From Antedon mediterranea (taxonomy: Eukaryota; Animalia; Echinodermata): a DNA stretch of 64,000 bases. The DNA lies in the NCBI RefSeq assembly GCF_964355755.1, contig NC_092673.1, positions 8,184,001-8,248,000 of the forward strand, in the 5' to 3' direction. Shown here piece by piece: positions 28,683 to 41,916 of the stretch; the stretch's first letter is position 1, and each line of letters opens with the position of its first letter. The notes below the pieces were generated by a model that was not told the DNA's origin, searched no databases, and saw only the letters and a list, made by a program, of their open reading frames with translations. The position numbers and the translations under genes were made by a program.

Positions 28683-30849
28683 GAGAGTATCATTGATTTT
28701 ATTACAAATTGAATAAACATTTTCACTTCTTAATTTGGCCTATTTAATTAAAATGGATTCCGTTGTCTCTATTCAAGAACAAAATGTGCTGCATTTTTTC
28801 CAGAAACAATAGTCATTTTAGCTAACAAATTGCTTTTCTATGGTATAGTATAGATGATGATGATGTTGATGAAAATGATAAAGAAAATGATAAAGATGAT
28901 TAAAGAAAATGATGAGAGAGATTAAGATATAGTCTAGTAGGAAGGAGGGGTTACCGTGCACCCCCATGATGTATTTTTTTAATGTACATTTTTGTAATCC
29001 TGAATATATGTAATTAACATTTTTTGATGTTCCCAAGACGAAATATTGTCCCATGGGGTTTTTTGGGGGCCATTTTGGTGGCCATCTTGGATTTATCAAA
29101 ATCATAAATATAGACGGTACTTGACAAAGACTGATCATAGAGGTCTGATTTTGGTCTTAAATTGTTCAGAATGTGCACATTTCTATGTACTATAATGAAA
29201 AGTTTTTGTTCAAAATGGCCGTAAATGCCACTTTTGACCTTTGACCTTGTTTTTACATAAGGGTCATATCTTGGTAACCCCTGGTCATAAAGATTTTATT
29301 TTTGTCTTAAATTGTTCATAATATCCATATTTATATTCGCTTTAATGGAACATATTTTTGAAATTTGACGGGAAATATCATTTTTGACCTTTGACATTAT
29401 TGCATAACGATTTTCGCAATAATTTAGGTTATTTTTGTATTCGACCTATATCTTGACAACGAGTGATCATAGAGGTTTGATTTTGGTCTTATATTGTTCA
29501 GAATATGCACTTTCCTATGTACTATAATAAAACATTTTCATACAAAATGACCGGAAATACGACTTTTGACCTTTGACCTCGTTTATACATAAGGGTCATA
29601 TCTCGGTAAACAATGGTCATAACGATTTTATTTTTGTTTTAAATTGTTCGGAGTATCCATATTTATATTAGCTTTAATGAAACATATTTTTGAAATTTGA
29701 TGGAAAATATCACTTTTGACCTTTGACATTATTTCCACCCGAGGGTCATATCTCGGTAACCCCTGGTCATAAAGACTTTATTTTTGTCATAAATTGTTCA
29801 GAATATCCATATTTATATAAGATTTAATGAAACATATTTTTGAAATTTGATGGAAAATATCACTTTTGACCTTTGACATTATTTCCACCCGATGGTCATA
29901 TCTCGGTAACCCCTGGTCATAAAGACTTTATTTTTGTCATAAATTGTTCAGAATATCCATATTTATATAAGATTTAATGAAACATATTTTTGAAAGTTGG
30001 CAGGAAATACAACTTTTGACCTTTTACCTTTTTTCCACCCGAGGGTCATATCTCGGTAACCCCTGGTCATAAAGACTTTATTTTTGTCATAAATTGTTCA
30101 GAATATCCATATTTATATAACATTTAATGAAATACAACTTTAGACCTTATTTTCACTTGAGGGCCATATCTCGGTAACACATTTTTTTTGTCTAAGATTG
30201 TTCAAAACATACATATTTCTATCCACTCTAATGAATATTTATTTAAAACAATGATCATAAATGTTACTATCAATTGTTACATTTAACACCTTCCACAGAA
30301 TTCTCATACAGTAAGAATTTTTTCTGTTTTAAAGTAAAAATAAATTTAAAGATGTAAATAAAATAACAACATGCTGAGAAAAAGGGAAAATTACAGACTT
30401 TATAAAAAACTGTTGAATATACATGCTATCCACTCTAATGATGATTTATCCTCAAAAACTGACAATAAATGTCATTTTTTACCTTTGACCCCTATTTAAA
30501 TATAATTTACATATAATGCGAGAATTCTTAACAATTCTCAAATTAGAAAAAAGTATCTGATAAATAATTAAAAAAAAGTGTCTGATAACACGTTTCATTA
30601 CATAATTATTCATAATTAAAGGTGGCTACTTTTAGGTCTGCAAACAACTTTTATCCAATAGAATGTGTTTATTGTCCATATTGGAAGAGACAATAACAAA
30701 ATTAATGTCAACATCTTCATAATCTTAATTTATTTTGGAAACAGTACTGATAGACGGCTACAAAAATACATTCTAATCAAATTCTATTCTTCATTAAATA
30801 ATGGAAAATTAAGGGAAAGAAAAGGGGATAATTGTATTTTACACGTGGA

Positions 30850-31250
30850 TGGTATTCTTGACATAACACTCGATCTGAGGACAGGTACCTTCCACCCATA
30901 TACACCAAACCAAACAATACGCCATTATATGTACATCGTGAAAGTAATCATCGGCCATCAATTACGCAATATACCACTAGCAATAAATAAACGACTCTCA
31001 AACATCTCATCCGATGAAAATTCGTTTAATGCAGCAATACCTCAGTACCAAGAAGCACTTAGAAATAATGGATATGAACATGAGCTACACCTGAACAAGC
31101 AACCAAAAAGAAAACCCGAAACAGAAACATCATTTGGTTCAATCCTCCGTACAGCAAGAACGTAAAGACCAATATCGGACCCAAATTTTTATAATTAGTG
31201 GATGAGTGTTTCTCACAAGGCCATAATCTCCGAAAGACTTTTAATGTTGA
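30850..31250 (+). mobile_element. Penelope-like retroelement RT C-terminal fragment
   Basis: Frameshifted [65 protein letters not shown]. Confidence 0.8.
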
Positions 31251-31950
31251 CATTGATTGCTGGTGGTATCTACAATATCTAAGGTTACGCACGGTATACT
31301 TATGGTCAAACTTTAGAGGGTCTGCCAGGGCCAAGGCAGGGTACAGATAGTTTGTAATAGGTTGGTATTCCTTACAATGTGCTAAATCATATAACATTGG
31401 TTGCTGGTGGTATCTACAATATCTAAGCTAGACTAGTTGGAGGAAGAGGGTCTCTAGTCAAAATTTAGAGGGGTCTGCCAGGGCCAAGGCAGTGTACAGA
31501 TAGTTTGTAATAGAGGTCATTTGGTATTCCTTACAATGTGCTAAATCATATAACATTGGTCGCTGGTGGTATCTACAATATCTAAGCTAGGCTAGTTGGG
31601 AGAAGGGGGTCGTTAGTCGAACTTTAGAGGGGTCTGCCAGGGCCAAGGCAGTGTACAGATAGTCTGTAATAGGTCATTTGGTATTTCTTACTATGTGCTA
31701 AAGCATATAACATTGGCTGCTGGTGGTATCTACAATATCTAATCTAGGCCATTTGTGGGAAGGGGGGTCTCTAGTCGAACTTTAGAGGGGTCTGCCAGGG
31801 CCAAGGCAGTGTACAGATAGTCTGTAATAGGTCATTTGGTATTTCTTACAATGTGCTAAATCATATAACATTGGCTGCTGGTAGTATCTACAATATCTAA
31901 TCTAGGCCATTTGTGGGAAGGGGGTCTCTAGTCGAACTTTAGGGTGTCTG
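31250..31950. repeat. ~157-bp tandem repeat, about 4.5 copies
   Basis: ACATTGG..GCTGGTGGTATCTACAATATCTAA...GGTCTGCCAGGGCCAAGGCAG repeated. Confidence 0.9.
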
Positions 31951-32429
31951 GCACTTGCGGTGCAGCAGACAATTAGTCTGTCGTTACCCATTTAGTATTG
32001 TATGAACACAACTTGTTCATTTGGCATTAATTTTGAGTGGTACCTCACTCAGCTATGCTATCACCATTTGTAGGCCCTCCTTCGGGGGGGGGGGGGGGAT
32101 CTGGTGGGCCTATTGCAGAGGACAAAATGTTTGGTGATATGATATTGGTATATAGGATGCAAATGGTGAAATTAGGTGGTATCTCTCTCATCTAATTGGT
32201 GCCGATTTGTTAGCACCTTTCGTGTCCCCCGGTATGGACGCAGCAGGGGGTACCCGGCAGACTTCCATTTACATTGACTTCAAGTGACCTCCAATTAACA
32301 CACTTAAATAGTCAGATATTGGTACCTAGCTCATCTAACCAAATGTATCTGGGCTGCCTGTCTACAGCCATTTACTGAGTATTCAGTACAGTAATACAAT
32401 AAATACTAAGCGGTCAGAAGATGCTACTA

Positions 32430-32960
32430 ATCAATCAATCAATCAATCAATCATTCGATTTATATAGCGCCATTCCAACAGTCATTGTTCATGGTGCTAC
32501 CAAAAATATCAGGAAATGTGAGTTTTGAGTAGTGACTTAAAGGTGCTCAATAATGATGTTTGTTTAATGTTCAAAGATAGGTGGTTCCAGAACCTACTGT
32601 AGGTCCAGCAATACTGAAAGTCCGATCTCCCCAACTATGTTTGCGCCTCTGAATGTCCAGTAGCACCTGATGACTAGATCTTAGTTCTCGCTTTCTCTTA
32701 TTGATTGTCGATCATTCTGAGAGGTATTTGAGAGCGCAACTATTTATGCATCGGAGCACCAGCAGGATCTTAAATTGAACACGCAACTCCACTCCAAATA
32801 CGATTGCCTCGGTCTTTTCATTAAGCTTGAAGAAGTTTAAGCCCATCCATGTCCTAATCTCAGCAGTGCATGCTTCTAAACGTTTTACGGCGGTCAGAAT
32901 CTCAGTCTGACGGGGCTTGACAGAAACATAAATTTGTATATCATGAAGTTGACCAGGAAT
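32430..32960 (-). mobile_element. L2-type LINE 3' fragment (same family as 2830-3185)
   Basis: (TGAT)n tail, shared 3' end, and upstream DIQIY..WMGLNFFKLNEKTE RT remnant. Confidence 0.85.
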
Positions 32961-35193
32961 ATGTCCTCTATACATTTGACCTTAGAGGGTTAGATGAAGG
33001 CACTTCCTCTTATTTGGAAATTTCCTGATGTAGGGCGTGCCAAACTGTCATTTAACCATTAAAACAAGATATCCCACTAGTATGAATGAACTACAAGGGC
33101 ATGGTGACAGGACAGTCTGGTCATGCAGTCCTATTCTTTCAGCCCATCTTATTGATCTAGTTGAGAAAACGACCATGGAGTTGAAAGAGTATGAAGATGA
33201 TGAACAAGAAATTGAATTTGAGGTGGACGACGACTGAACATCATTGCAGTAACTTGATAAATGGGTTTTGAATGAGTAGTTATGTAGACCTACATATACA
33301 TAGTTTTATTTTGAAAACAGAAACATTCTTACTATATAAGAATTCTGTGAAAATTGAGGTCCTCACTCCTGGATATTCTGAACAATTTATGACAAAAATA
33401 AAGTCTTTATGATCAGGGGTTACAGAGATATGACCCTCGGGTGGAAACAAGGTAAAAGGTCAAAAGTTGTATTTCCTGCCAAATTTCAAAAATATGTTTC
33501 ATTAAATCTTATATAAATATGGATATTCTGAACAATTTATGACAAAAATAAAGTCTTTATGACCAGGGGTTACCGAGATATGACCCTCGGATGGAAATAA
33601 TGTCAAAGGTCAAAAGTGATATTTTCCATCAAATTTCAAAAATATGTTTCATTAAAGCTAATATAAATATGGATACTCCGAACAATTTAAAACAAAAATA
33701 AAATCGTTATGACCATTGTTTACCGAGATATGACCCTTATGTATAAACGAGGTCAAAGGTCAAAAGTCATATTTCCGGTCATTTTGTATGAAAATGTTTT
33801 ATTATAGTACATAGGAAAGTGCATATTCTGAACAATATAAGACCAAAATCAAACCTCTATGATCACTCGTTGTCAAGATATAGGTCGAATACAAAAATAA
33901 CCTAAATTATTGCGAAAATCGTTATGCAATAATGTCAAAGGTCAAAAATGATATTTCCCGTCAAATTTCAAAAATATGTTCCATTAAAGCGAATATAAAT
34001 ATGGATATTATGAACAATTTAAGACAAAAATAAAATCTTTATGACCAGGGGTTACCAAGATATGACCCTTATGTAAAAACAAGGTCAAAGGTCAAAAGTG
34101 GCATTTACGGCCATTTTGAACAAAAACTTTTCATTATAGTACATAGAAATGTGCATATTCTGAACAATTTAAGACCAAAATCAGACCTCTATGATCAGTC
34201 TTTGTCAAGTACCGTCTATATTTATGATTTTGATAAATCCAAGATGGCCACCAAAATGGCCCCCAAAAAACCCCATGGGACAATATTTCGTCTTGGGAAC
34301 ATCAAAAAATGTTAATTACATATATGCAGGATTACAAAAATGTACATTAAAAAAATACATCATGGGGGTGCACGGTAACCCCTCCTTCCTACCCTACTAA
34401 TATTGATGATGAGGATGATAAGGAAAATGATGAAGAAGATTAAGGTAATGAGGATGAGGATGATAAAGAAAAGAGAATGATGAAGAAATTGATGAAGAAG
34501 ATTAGGTAATGATGATGAGGATGATCAGGAAAACGATGAAGATTAGGTAATGAGGATGATAAAGAAAATGATTAGTATGGCACTTACAATAGAATAGTTC
34601 AATATGGTACAAATATAATAGAATGGTATTTTTTACAGTATGGTAATTATATAGTACTTTGGCAGTATAGTAGGCCTACACATAGACTATAATTATTTTT
34701 TACAGTATGGTAATAGGTAGAATAGCATTTTGCAGTATTTTATCTGTTTTTACAGTAGAATATAATTTCATTTGTAACTTCAAAATAGGCCATATAGAAA
34801 TTGATAAAATACCATCACTGAACTAATTAAACAAAATTAAGTAATCAATTACCAAATTAAACAATAAGCAAACATGTTACTCGAATGAGTGTAATCTTTC
34901 ACATATGTTGGACCCATATCTTTACTAAACATATTGCAACTAATAGATAATTAAATTCATTACGATAATGTCATTTATATAATTTGATTTTATCAAAGAT
35001 AATATTTAGATACAATAGCTAAATTATCGGTTATCGTCTCTTCAAGTCTCCAATTAGTAGCAAATGACATCCTATAATCTTTAAATATAAATTATGCAAT
35101 ATTGCTTCTTATCATCGATATGCTTACGTGTCTGCTTGCATCCACCTGTCACTTAATGTAAATCTAGAGACAGTGACTTAAAGCTTAAAGCTA

Positions 35194-35657
35194 CCGTAAA
35201 ACCTCGAAAAGAAGCCCCTGGGCCTCTTTTTGAATAGGAGCCCATCTCGAAAAGAAGTCCCTCTCTTTGGTCTACAAAGGTAATTTCGAAATGAAGCCCA
35301 TCTCGAAATCAATCCCACCGATTGTAAGATTGTATTTGCTTCTTTTCATGATAGATTATTTGAATGTAAAAGGAACAAGGTGAGGGGTAGGTAGGGTTAG
35401 GGCTAATCCCTAACTTGTGGTGCAGATATGATCTAGTTTATACCGTATATTTAGTTTCAAATGGTATTTTGATCATAAATATGTAAAATTGGCAGATGTC
35501 TCAAATCCTACTATTGTAGTGGAAAATCACAATATATACAGCATTTATTTCGAGAAGAATCCCCTCTTTAGTTTTCAAAATCTCGAACAGAAGCGCAAAG
35601 CCCACCCAAGAGTACAAAAAAAAAGAAGCCCATATATTTTTTTTCGAGGTTTTATGG
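35194..35657. mobile_element. pogo/Tc1-mariner-type MITE (TA TSD); right end deleted in the paralog at 26424-26810
   Basis: TA|CCGTAAAACCTCGAAAA ... TTTTCGAGGTTTTATGG|TA. Confidence 0.75.
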
Positions 35658-36517
35658 TATCTGGTTATCAGTGTTATGTAACTGAAATCGCACGAAAAAA
35701 CAATAAATAACAGATTTTTAATCGAAATTGTTTTCAGAAGTTAGATAATGCTGATCTTACCATATCTGGTGACTCCCCAGAAAACGAAAATAAGGATTCG
35801 GAAGTTTTTATTGAAAAGATCAAAAACGTAAAATCTCAGATGTATTGCCTCTGTTAAATAAATGTACAAAACAATAGTGATTTTATGAAGGAATTTGAAC
35901 TTTTATGAAATTACGTATTTAAAAAAATAAATCGTGTAATACAGTACAGTATGTCACACATTATGAAACAGAAGCATTAACGTGTTTATAGTCATTTTAA
36001 TATTATGTTTGTTATCCATATAGTAATCAATATGTTATTTTTTTTATTATTGGATGAATAAAAAAAATTGAATGTTTAAACAGTCACATTACGGGCTTAA
36101 TAATAAATAAACAACTATTTCATTTTCGTAATTCTAATTATCTAAGTTGTTCCACTATGTTATTTTATTAAATAATGGAAAAGGCAAGCAATTTGAATAT
36201 GAAACGAAGTATGTATAAATAATATTAAATATCCAAAAATAACAATGTTGCTAGGCATATTAAAAACACCTTTGTATAAAGTTACTCTAAATTTAATTAC
36301 TTTAAAAAAAGTAAATATTTAATATCATTATCATTTAAAATAGGCCTATTTTAAAGATGTATTGTCCTGAAAAATAAATATTCATAAAAAAAAGACCTTA
36401 TAATGTGTTCATGCCTTTTTGTACTAATCTGTACTGCTGTATGTTATGGTGTAAACACTATTAAATCTCTGGAGGTGTGCTATAACAACTCATGAGAATG
36501 TTGCTAGGCTTCCCTTA

Positions 36518-36927
36518 AGCCCGGTGCACACACTAGAGCTTTCGGCTGAGCCAACTGGCACGAGTAACACTTGGCTCACTAAAAAATTTGCCGCAAACTG
36601 TGATCGCGTTCTATCGGACGCACACTAAACGCCTACAGTACGCGATTTTCTGATTGGATAATTACTTACTACGCTATACGGCACGCGCTGAAATATCATA
36701 ATAAATCAGAAAATGTCATGCGCAGTGGAATTTTTTAGTGAGCAGGAAGCTCAGGTTCGGCGCACACTTGAGGAAAATGGCACGCGTGCCAAAAAATATT
36801 AAACACGATAGATATTTTCCTCAGCGGCACGCGTGGCCAATTCCTCACGAAATCCCCGGTGCACACTGTGAGGCAAGTGTTACTCGTGGCAGTTGGCTCA
36901 GCCAGAAGCTCTAGTGTGCGCCGGGCT
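36518..36927. mobile_element. PIF/Harbinger-type MITE
   Basis: TIR AGCCCGG.GCACAC..TAGAGCTT..GGCTGAGCCAACTG, TTA TSD; empty site in duplication copy 1 near 27510. Confidence 0.9.
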
Positions 36928-39350
36928 TTAAGCACTGTAGTGCTTTTAACATTGTGTGCCACGAGGAGAATTCCTTCTTTTTACGTGTTTTATTGTTTGT
37001 TGTAATTTTTATTCTGAAATAAAGTGATCAATCAATATCTATCAATCTATAGGCCATTTTTAAACTAAAACCCCATTGACTTCCAGTCAATTTGACTACT
37101 ATTTTGCTTTAATTTTCAGGATTGTTTTAAAATCCAATTTTTGGTCAAAGTGAATTATGTGACATTAAAATGGCATATTCAATAAAACTATTTGTAAAAA
37201 ATATATATTTTCAGGGGGACAATATATCTCTAACAATTAAAAATCTTGAATCTTGAACATGTGGAACACAAAATGTAACAAAATAAAATTAGGAAGCTCA
37301 GCTGCATATGTGACCAACAAGTGTACTCAAAAGATGATGTACAAACTATGCGTGCTCAAATGTTTTTTTTCTAAATATTAAGCCGAATTATCCTAAATCT
37401 GTGTTTGATTGCCTTATTATTTCTGAAACAAATAACCTTTCTGTCATTAATGATTTAAAATAGTGTCATTTGATTTTCAAAGATAAACATTGTCCCCCTA
37501 AAAATTGTATTTATCTTTCCGGGCGCCTGCCTTTAAACTCTGACCTTTCATCATTATTTTCTTGCATTGTATTTTATTATCCTTTGTTTGTTTGTAAGTA
37601 AATGTTATGAAATTAAAATGAAACGAGAATACAGCTTAAACCATTGTATATATGCAGTAATCCAAAGCTGGGGAATGATAGTATAATCTAATCCCTTTCT
37701 CAGGCTTAATTATTTTCCAGGCCCGGCTTAGTTGTTTTCATGGCCACAGTTGTCGCTAACTTTGGTGGGTAGAAACCAACTTAACCGGTTACTAACTAAG
37801 GAAGAGGGGGCCCAATTTCGACCACTTTCAATGCACAAAACATATCTTAAAGAGCAAAGAGAACTTATGGATTATCTCTAGCATAGTTGTATATTCGAAT
37901 TGTAACATTTTGTCGGTAAAATCTTTTAACATCATGCGGATACAGTACTAAAAATAATTAGGAAAACCAAATTGTAATTAATGAGCACATTTTAATCATT
38001 ATTGATCACTTCCTCTCCTGCTAAAAATAAACATAAAAGAACATAACAATGGCATCAATAAATATGTTGATATCTACATACAACATAATAATATTTACAT
38101 AAATATGGAGTTTCTTTTAACATATTGGCCAGATTGATAAACTGTTAGGTTAACGGGAAAGTAAACGCGTAGGAACTAGTGTAGGATTGGAAATCGCTTT
38201 ACTGTATAATAATGCAGCGGAATGCCATCCTCGGTACAACTGTACCGTACCAAAATATGACATTATTGGTCCATTAGAAAATCAATTATTGTTTTTATTT
38301 AAGGTTATGGTAAAAGCATTACAATGATGTCTTATGATACGTCACATGCACACGTGTCCTAGCTCCACTGATATTGGAGAAACGGGAAATTTGTCGAAAG
38401 CCAACATCATTTTTCAATCAGTAAATCAATCACAATCAATTGAATTATACTACACAAATGTTTACACTTTGTTCATATTATTTACTCAAACTACGGAGCA
38501 TTCATTCAAGGTTTCAATTGTAATATCCAACATATCTCTCAGTCATATGCCTATATCTGCTGCTGTCAAGACAAAATTAACTCCAAAACACAAAAGCTAA
38601 ATAAACACAGAAATGAGGATCATTGTGTGTATAATACAAACATATCAATGTATATGCAGTATATATGATATTCATAAAGGCACTTATACAATATATTGTT
38701 TATACATTTATGTATTCCAAGATTTTACTCTCTGCGTTATATACATATGATTGGAATATTTATTTCTTTCTTTGGATTCCGAGTGTTGAATTACTTGATT
38801 CAACACGTTTTAAATCGATTCAAATCAAGTTTATACCGATTAAAATGTGTTTCATATCTAACACCTAGTTTATTTAAATGGATTCTGGGTCAAATAAACT
38901 TGGAGGGGTAACACTTATCGATCACCTCGCTTTGTACCAATCACATTTTTAAACCGTGTATACAAGGAGCCATTGTAAATTGTGAAGAACGTACTACTAT
39001 ATAGACAACCTAACCAAAGCCTTTTTCCACAACCCCGATGAGCTTTGATTGGTTGCATAACTTCACGTCATAAAAAGTAGGTGAAAATATTAATACGCAT
39101 GCACAACAGAAACTCAAAAGTCAACGTTTTCAATTCGCGCGAAATCAGGATTGGCCGAACTGAAGAACGTACCACGATATTGACCACGTACCACCCAAAG
39201 GATGTCCATAATGTATTTTTTTTAAGAATATAAATGTGGAGACCGCAACACGTCACCAACCACATAAAGTAACATTTACAAAACATTATGTGAATTGTGC
39301 TTTTGTGAGAAATATTCCAAACATACACATTTATAAATATTTTTCGTTAA

Positions 39351-39678
39351 AGATATATTGTCCCATAAAAACATAAAAAATTAATATCAATAAATCAGAC
39401 TTTAAATAGGCCATTTTGTAGTATCAATCAAGTTATTCACTTCCATAGAAAAAACGAAAAACAATAATGATTTTACTTATAAAAAGACAACATTTTTGGT
39501 TAAATAAAAACATTTTCTCACAGACAATTTTACTTTTTTTTTGCTTTCAATTACAGTTTCTGTTTAGTTAAATACTTTTGAAATGTTTGGGATGAAGTGA
39601 ATAACTGTTATGTGACATTAAAATGGCATATTCAGTAACGACAAACAACAAATATTTTTTCAGAGGGACAATATATCT
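39351..39678. mobile_element. Kolobok-type MITE (TTAA TSD, AGAT.TATTGTCCC TIR)
   Basis: TTAA|AGATATATTGTCCC ... GGGACAATATATCT|TTAA; relatives near 755, 7845, 27610-27810, 37050-37230, 42055-42646 and 63625-end. Confidence 0.75.
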
Positions 39679-41058
39679 TTAAAATAAATGCATGCTCAAT
39701 ATATGCAAATATAATGTAATAATATATTAGTTGATATTTACTACATAAGGATATTATTGTTGATGGTCACATTTAATATTTACGAATTATTTGTAACTCA
39801 TTAGCACATAGCAAAAGGAAAAACTAAACCATTTTTCTTGTTTAATGAAACAGTAATAATAATGTCCAGTTTAGTTTCTTATAAATAATAAATATTAACA
39901 CTATCAAACTCTTCAAATGCTGATTTAACAATATAATTAAGGTAACACAGTAATTGCATTATACGATGGACATCAAATGCAATTTTGCCTTAGTCTTTAA
40001 TGCAACAAACGTGAATTCGAATGTTTACAACAATTAACTTAAAAATGAAAGTTTGAAACAAAAAAATGAAAGGAGAACAGGTTTAGTCATTAAAGTCACA
40101 ATACAATCATTTAACTGCATTGTAACTTTTATGCTTGACCACTGGGCTTTACATGTACGGTATAACCTGATCAGAAATTATACCCACAACATTTATGTTG
40201 ACTAAACAGAGGGTTTATTATACTTGTATCTTCAGCAAAATTAGAATACATCATATTCCATACCATAGATTCAGTGAATTCAACAGATGGCAATTGCAAA
40301 ATTTTCAGATCCTTTATCGTTTTTCCTTTAGATAATGCAAACTGTAGTTACACGTACATACAGAACACATTTGAAAACTGTCTATAAATACATTTATGTT
40401 GACTCTGATGTAATAACCAAGTATCATAATCATCACATTTAAGAATACTTGTTGTATTTTCAAATGTTTCAAATTTTCAGTAGAAATCATGTTAACAATT
40501 AAAATATAATGGCAGTTATGTATTGCACATGTATCATTATGTATGTTAATGTAAGAGTTATGAGTTAATAGTTTGCTGGATTATGAACATTGATTTTTCA
40601 TGTTACATATATTTGGAAACACAAACACCCAATTTTCACATTCAATGAATAAAGTCAGTTTTAAACAGATTATTATTGGATTTTCCAACATAAGGTTAGT
40701 TCACACAATAAAATTGAAACATACAATTTTGTTTATATTAGATTGGGTCAAATATGGTGTTTTTATATTAATTATTAACCAAAATGATGTCATAAACTGA
40801 ATCACATTTTGGAATGGTGAAGACAAACCATCAGTTATCAAAAAAAAGTTTTTTTCTACTGTAGAATATACTTTGCACAATAAATGTTATAAAAAATTAA
40901 TTCCCTCTGCATTTTATCGAAAAGGTCTTACATAAATGTATCTTTTAAATTTTTGTTGTACATTACACCATGAGAAACTAATATGTGAACGTGTAACATT
41001 ATCCTGGGAGATATTTATGTATTTGTTAAATTGTGTTGTACGTGTGGATCAGGTCCAA

Positions 41059-41403
41059 AGGCCTATTTATACTAAGACGACTACAATCAAGAATAACTAG
41101 AAAAATATGCATTTTTTTCTATAAAACAAAAGAAATCATAAAAGTTTTACCCTAGAACTATAGGATATCCATTTATAATAATATTTTCAAAAGTCCAATT
41201 AAATGATGTCATGATTATAAAGAGCAATAATAATGTGGCGATACGATTTTATTGTTCTTATTGATCATGACATCATTTGATTGCATTTTTAAAATATCAT
41301 TTTTATCAACGACAACAATGGTTATCCTCAGTAGTTCTATAATGAAAGCTGTCTGTATATTTAACTATTTATCGTCGATCGTTATCCTAATATAAATGGG
41401 CCT
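41059..41403. mobile_element. Palindromic Harbinger-like MITE downstream of the COP1 stop codon
   Basis: AGGCCTATTTATA ... TATAAATGGGCCT ends; internal inverted repeat AATGATGTCATGAT / ATCATGACATCATT. Confidence 0.6.
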
Positions 41404-41853
41404 TAAGAATAACATATATATCAACATTTGCATGTTGCATTGTGGGGTGCATGACAGCAGGTGCAACAAATGTTAAAACTGAGTAATCAAAGTAATAGTA
41501 ATTTTCACTCCTTACTCATTTTGAAAATGCTCATTTTATGTTTAGAAAACATAAATATTAAGCTTTGTCTAGACTGTCAAACTAGTTTGTTTGCCCAAAA
41601 ATGGTAGTGAAATCATGTACATGTATGGGCACATATTTTTTTCCACATAAAGTTTGATAATGTACAGTATACAGAGCTTTAGTTAATAAAGCAAACATAA
41701 TTATAAATATAGCCACTGGTTACATATTTTTTGCCTGATGTTGAGCGCTGAGCAGGAGATTTAGAACCTTCAAGAGGGCGACATTTAGCTTCATGAGACT
41801 ACAATGTTTCAATTTTCTTTGGATAGGAAATTCCAGGTGAAGGAAATTCCAGT

Positions 41854-41916
41854 TTAAACTAACTCCAATATTTTAATTGTTCCTTGACTATTAGCTGCAA
41901 CACATACATTTGAACC
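41854..41916 (-). CDS. COP1: COP1 last coding exon
   Basis: [20 protein letters not shown]-stop. Confidence 0.95.
   Translation of the reverse strand, partial: GSNVCVAANSQGTIKILELV

Larger units (their letters stand above)
28937..34396. mobile_element. 5.4-kb long-TIR DNA transposon relic, Academ-like
   Basis: Nearly identical ~1-kb TIRs (GTAGGAAGGAGGGGTTACCGTGCACCCCC) with internal ~150-bp units. The right end reads TAGGGTAGG on the minus strand; possible CTA TSD. The remnant RAxCHLTI...VWSCSPILSAHLIDLVE...EDDE at 33035-33237 resembles an Academ transposase C-terminus. Confidence 0.75.
28855..37512 (+). repeat. Segmental duplication copy 2, interrupted by an Academ-like element and a Harbinger MITE
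   Basis: Homology to copy 1 resumes after each insertion and ends at CAAAGATAAACATTGTCC..CTAAAAA.TGTATTT. Confidence 0.88.

Noticed and set aside
31250-31950. Regularly spaced repeats suggestive of CRISPR
   Set aside because: The whole unit is repeated with no unique spacers, no cas genes, eukaryotic context
28818-34400. Twin ORFs MISLCQVPSIF... on opposite strands
   Set aside because: They are the two copies of a terminal inverted repeat
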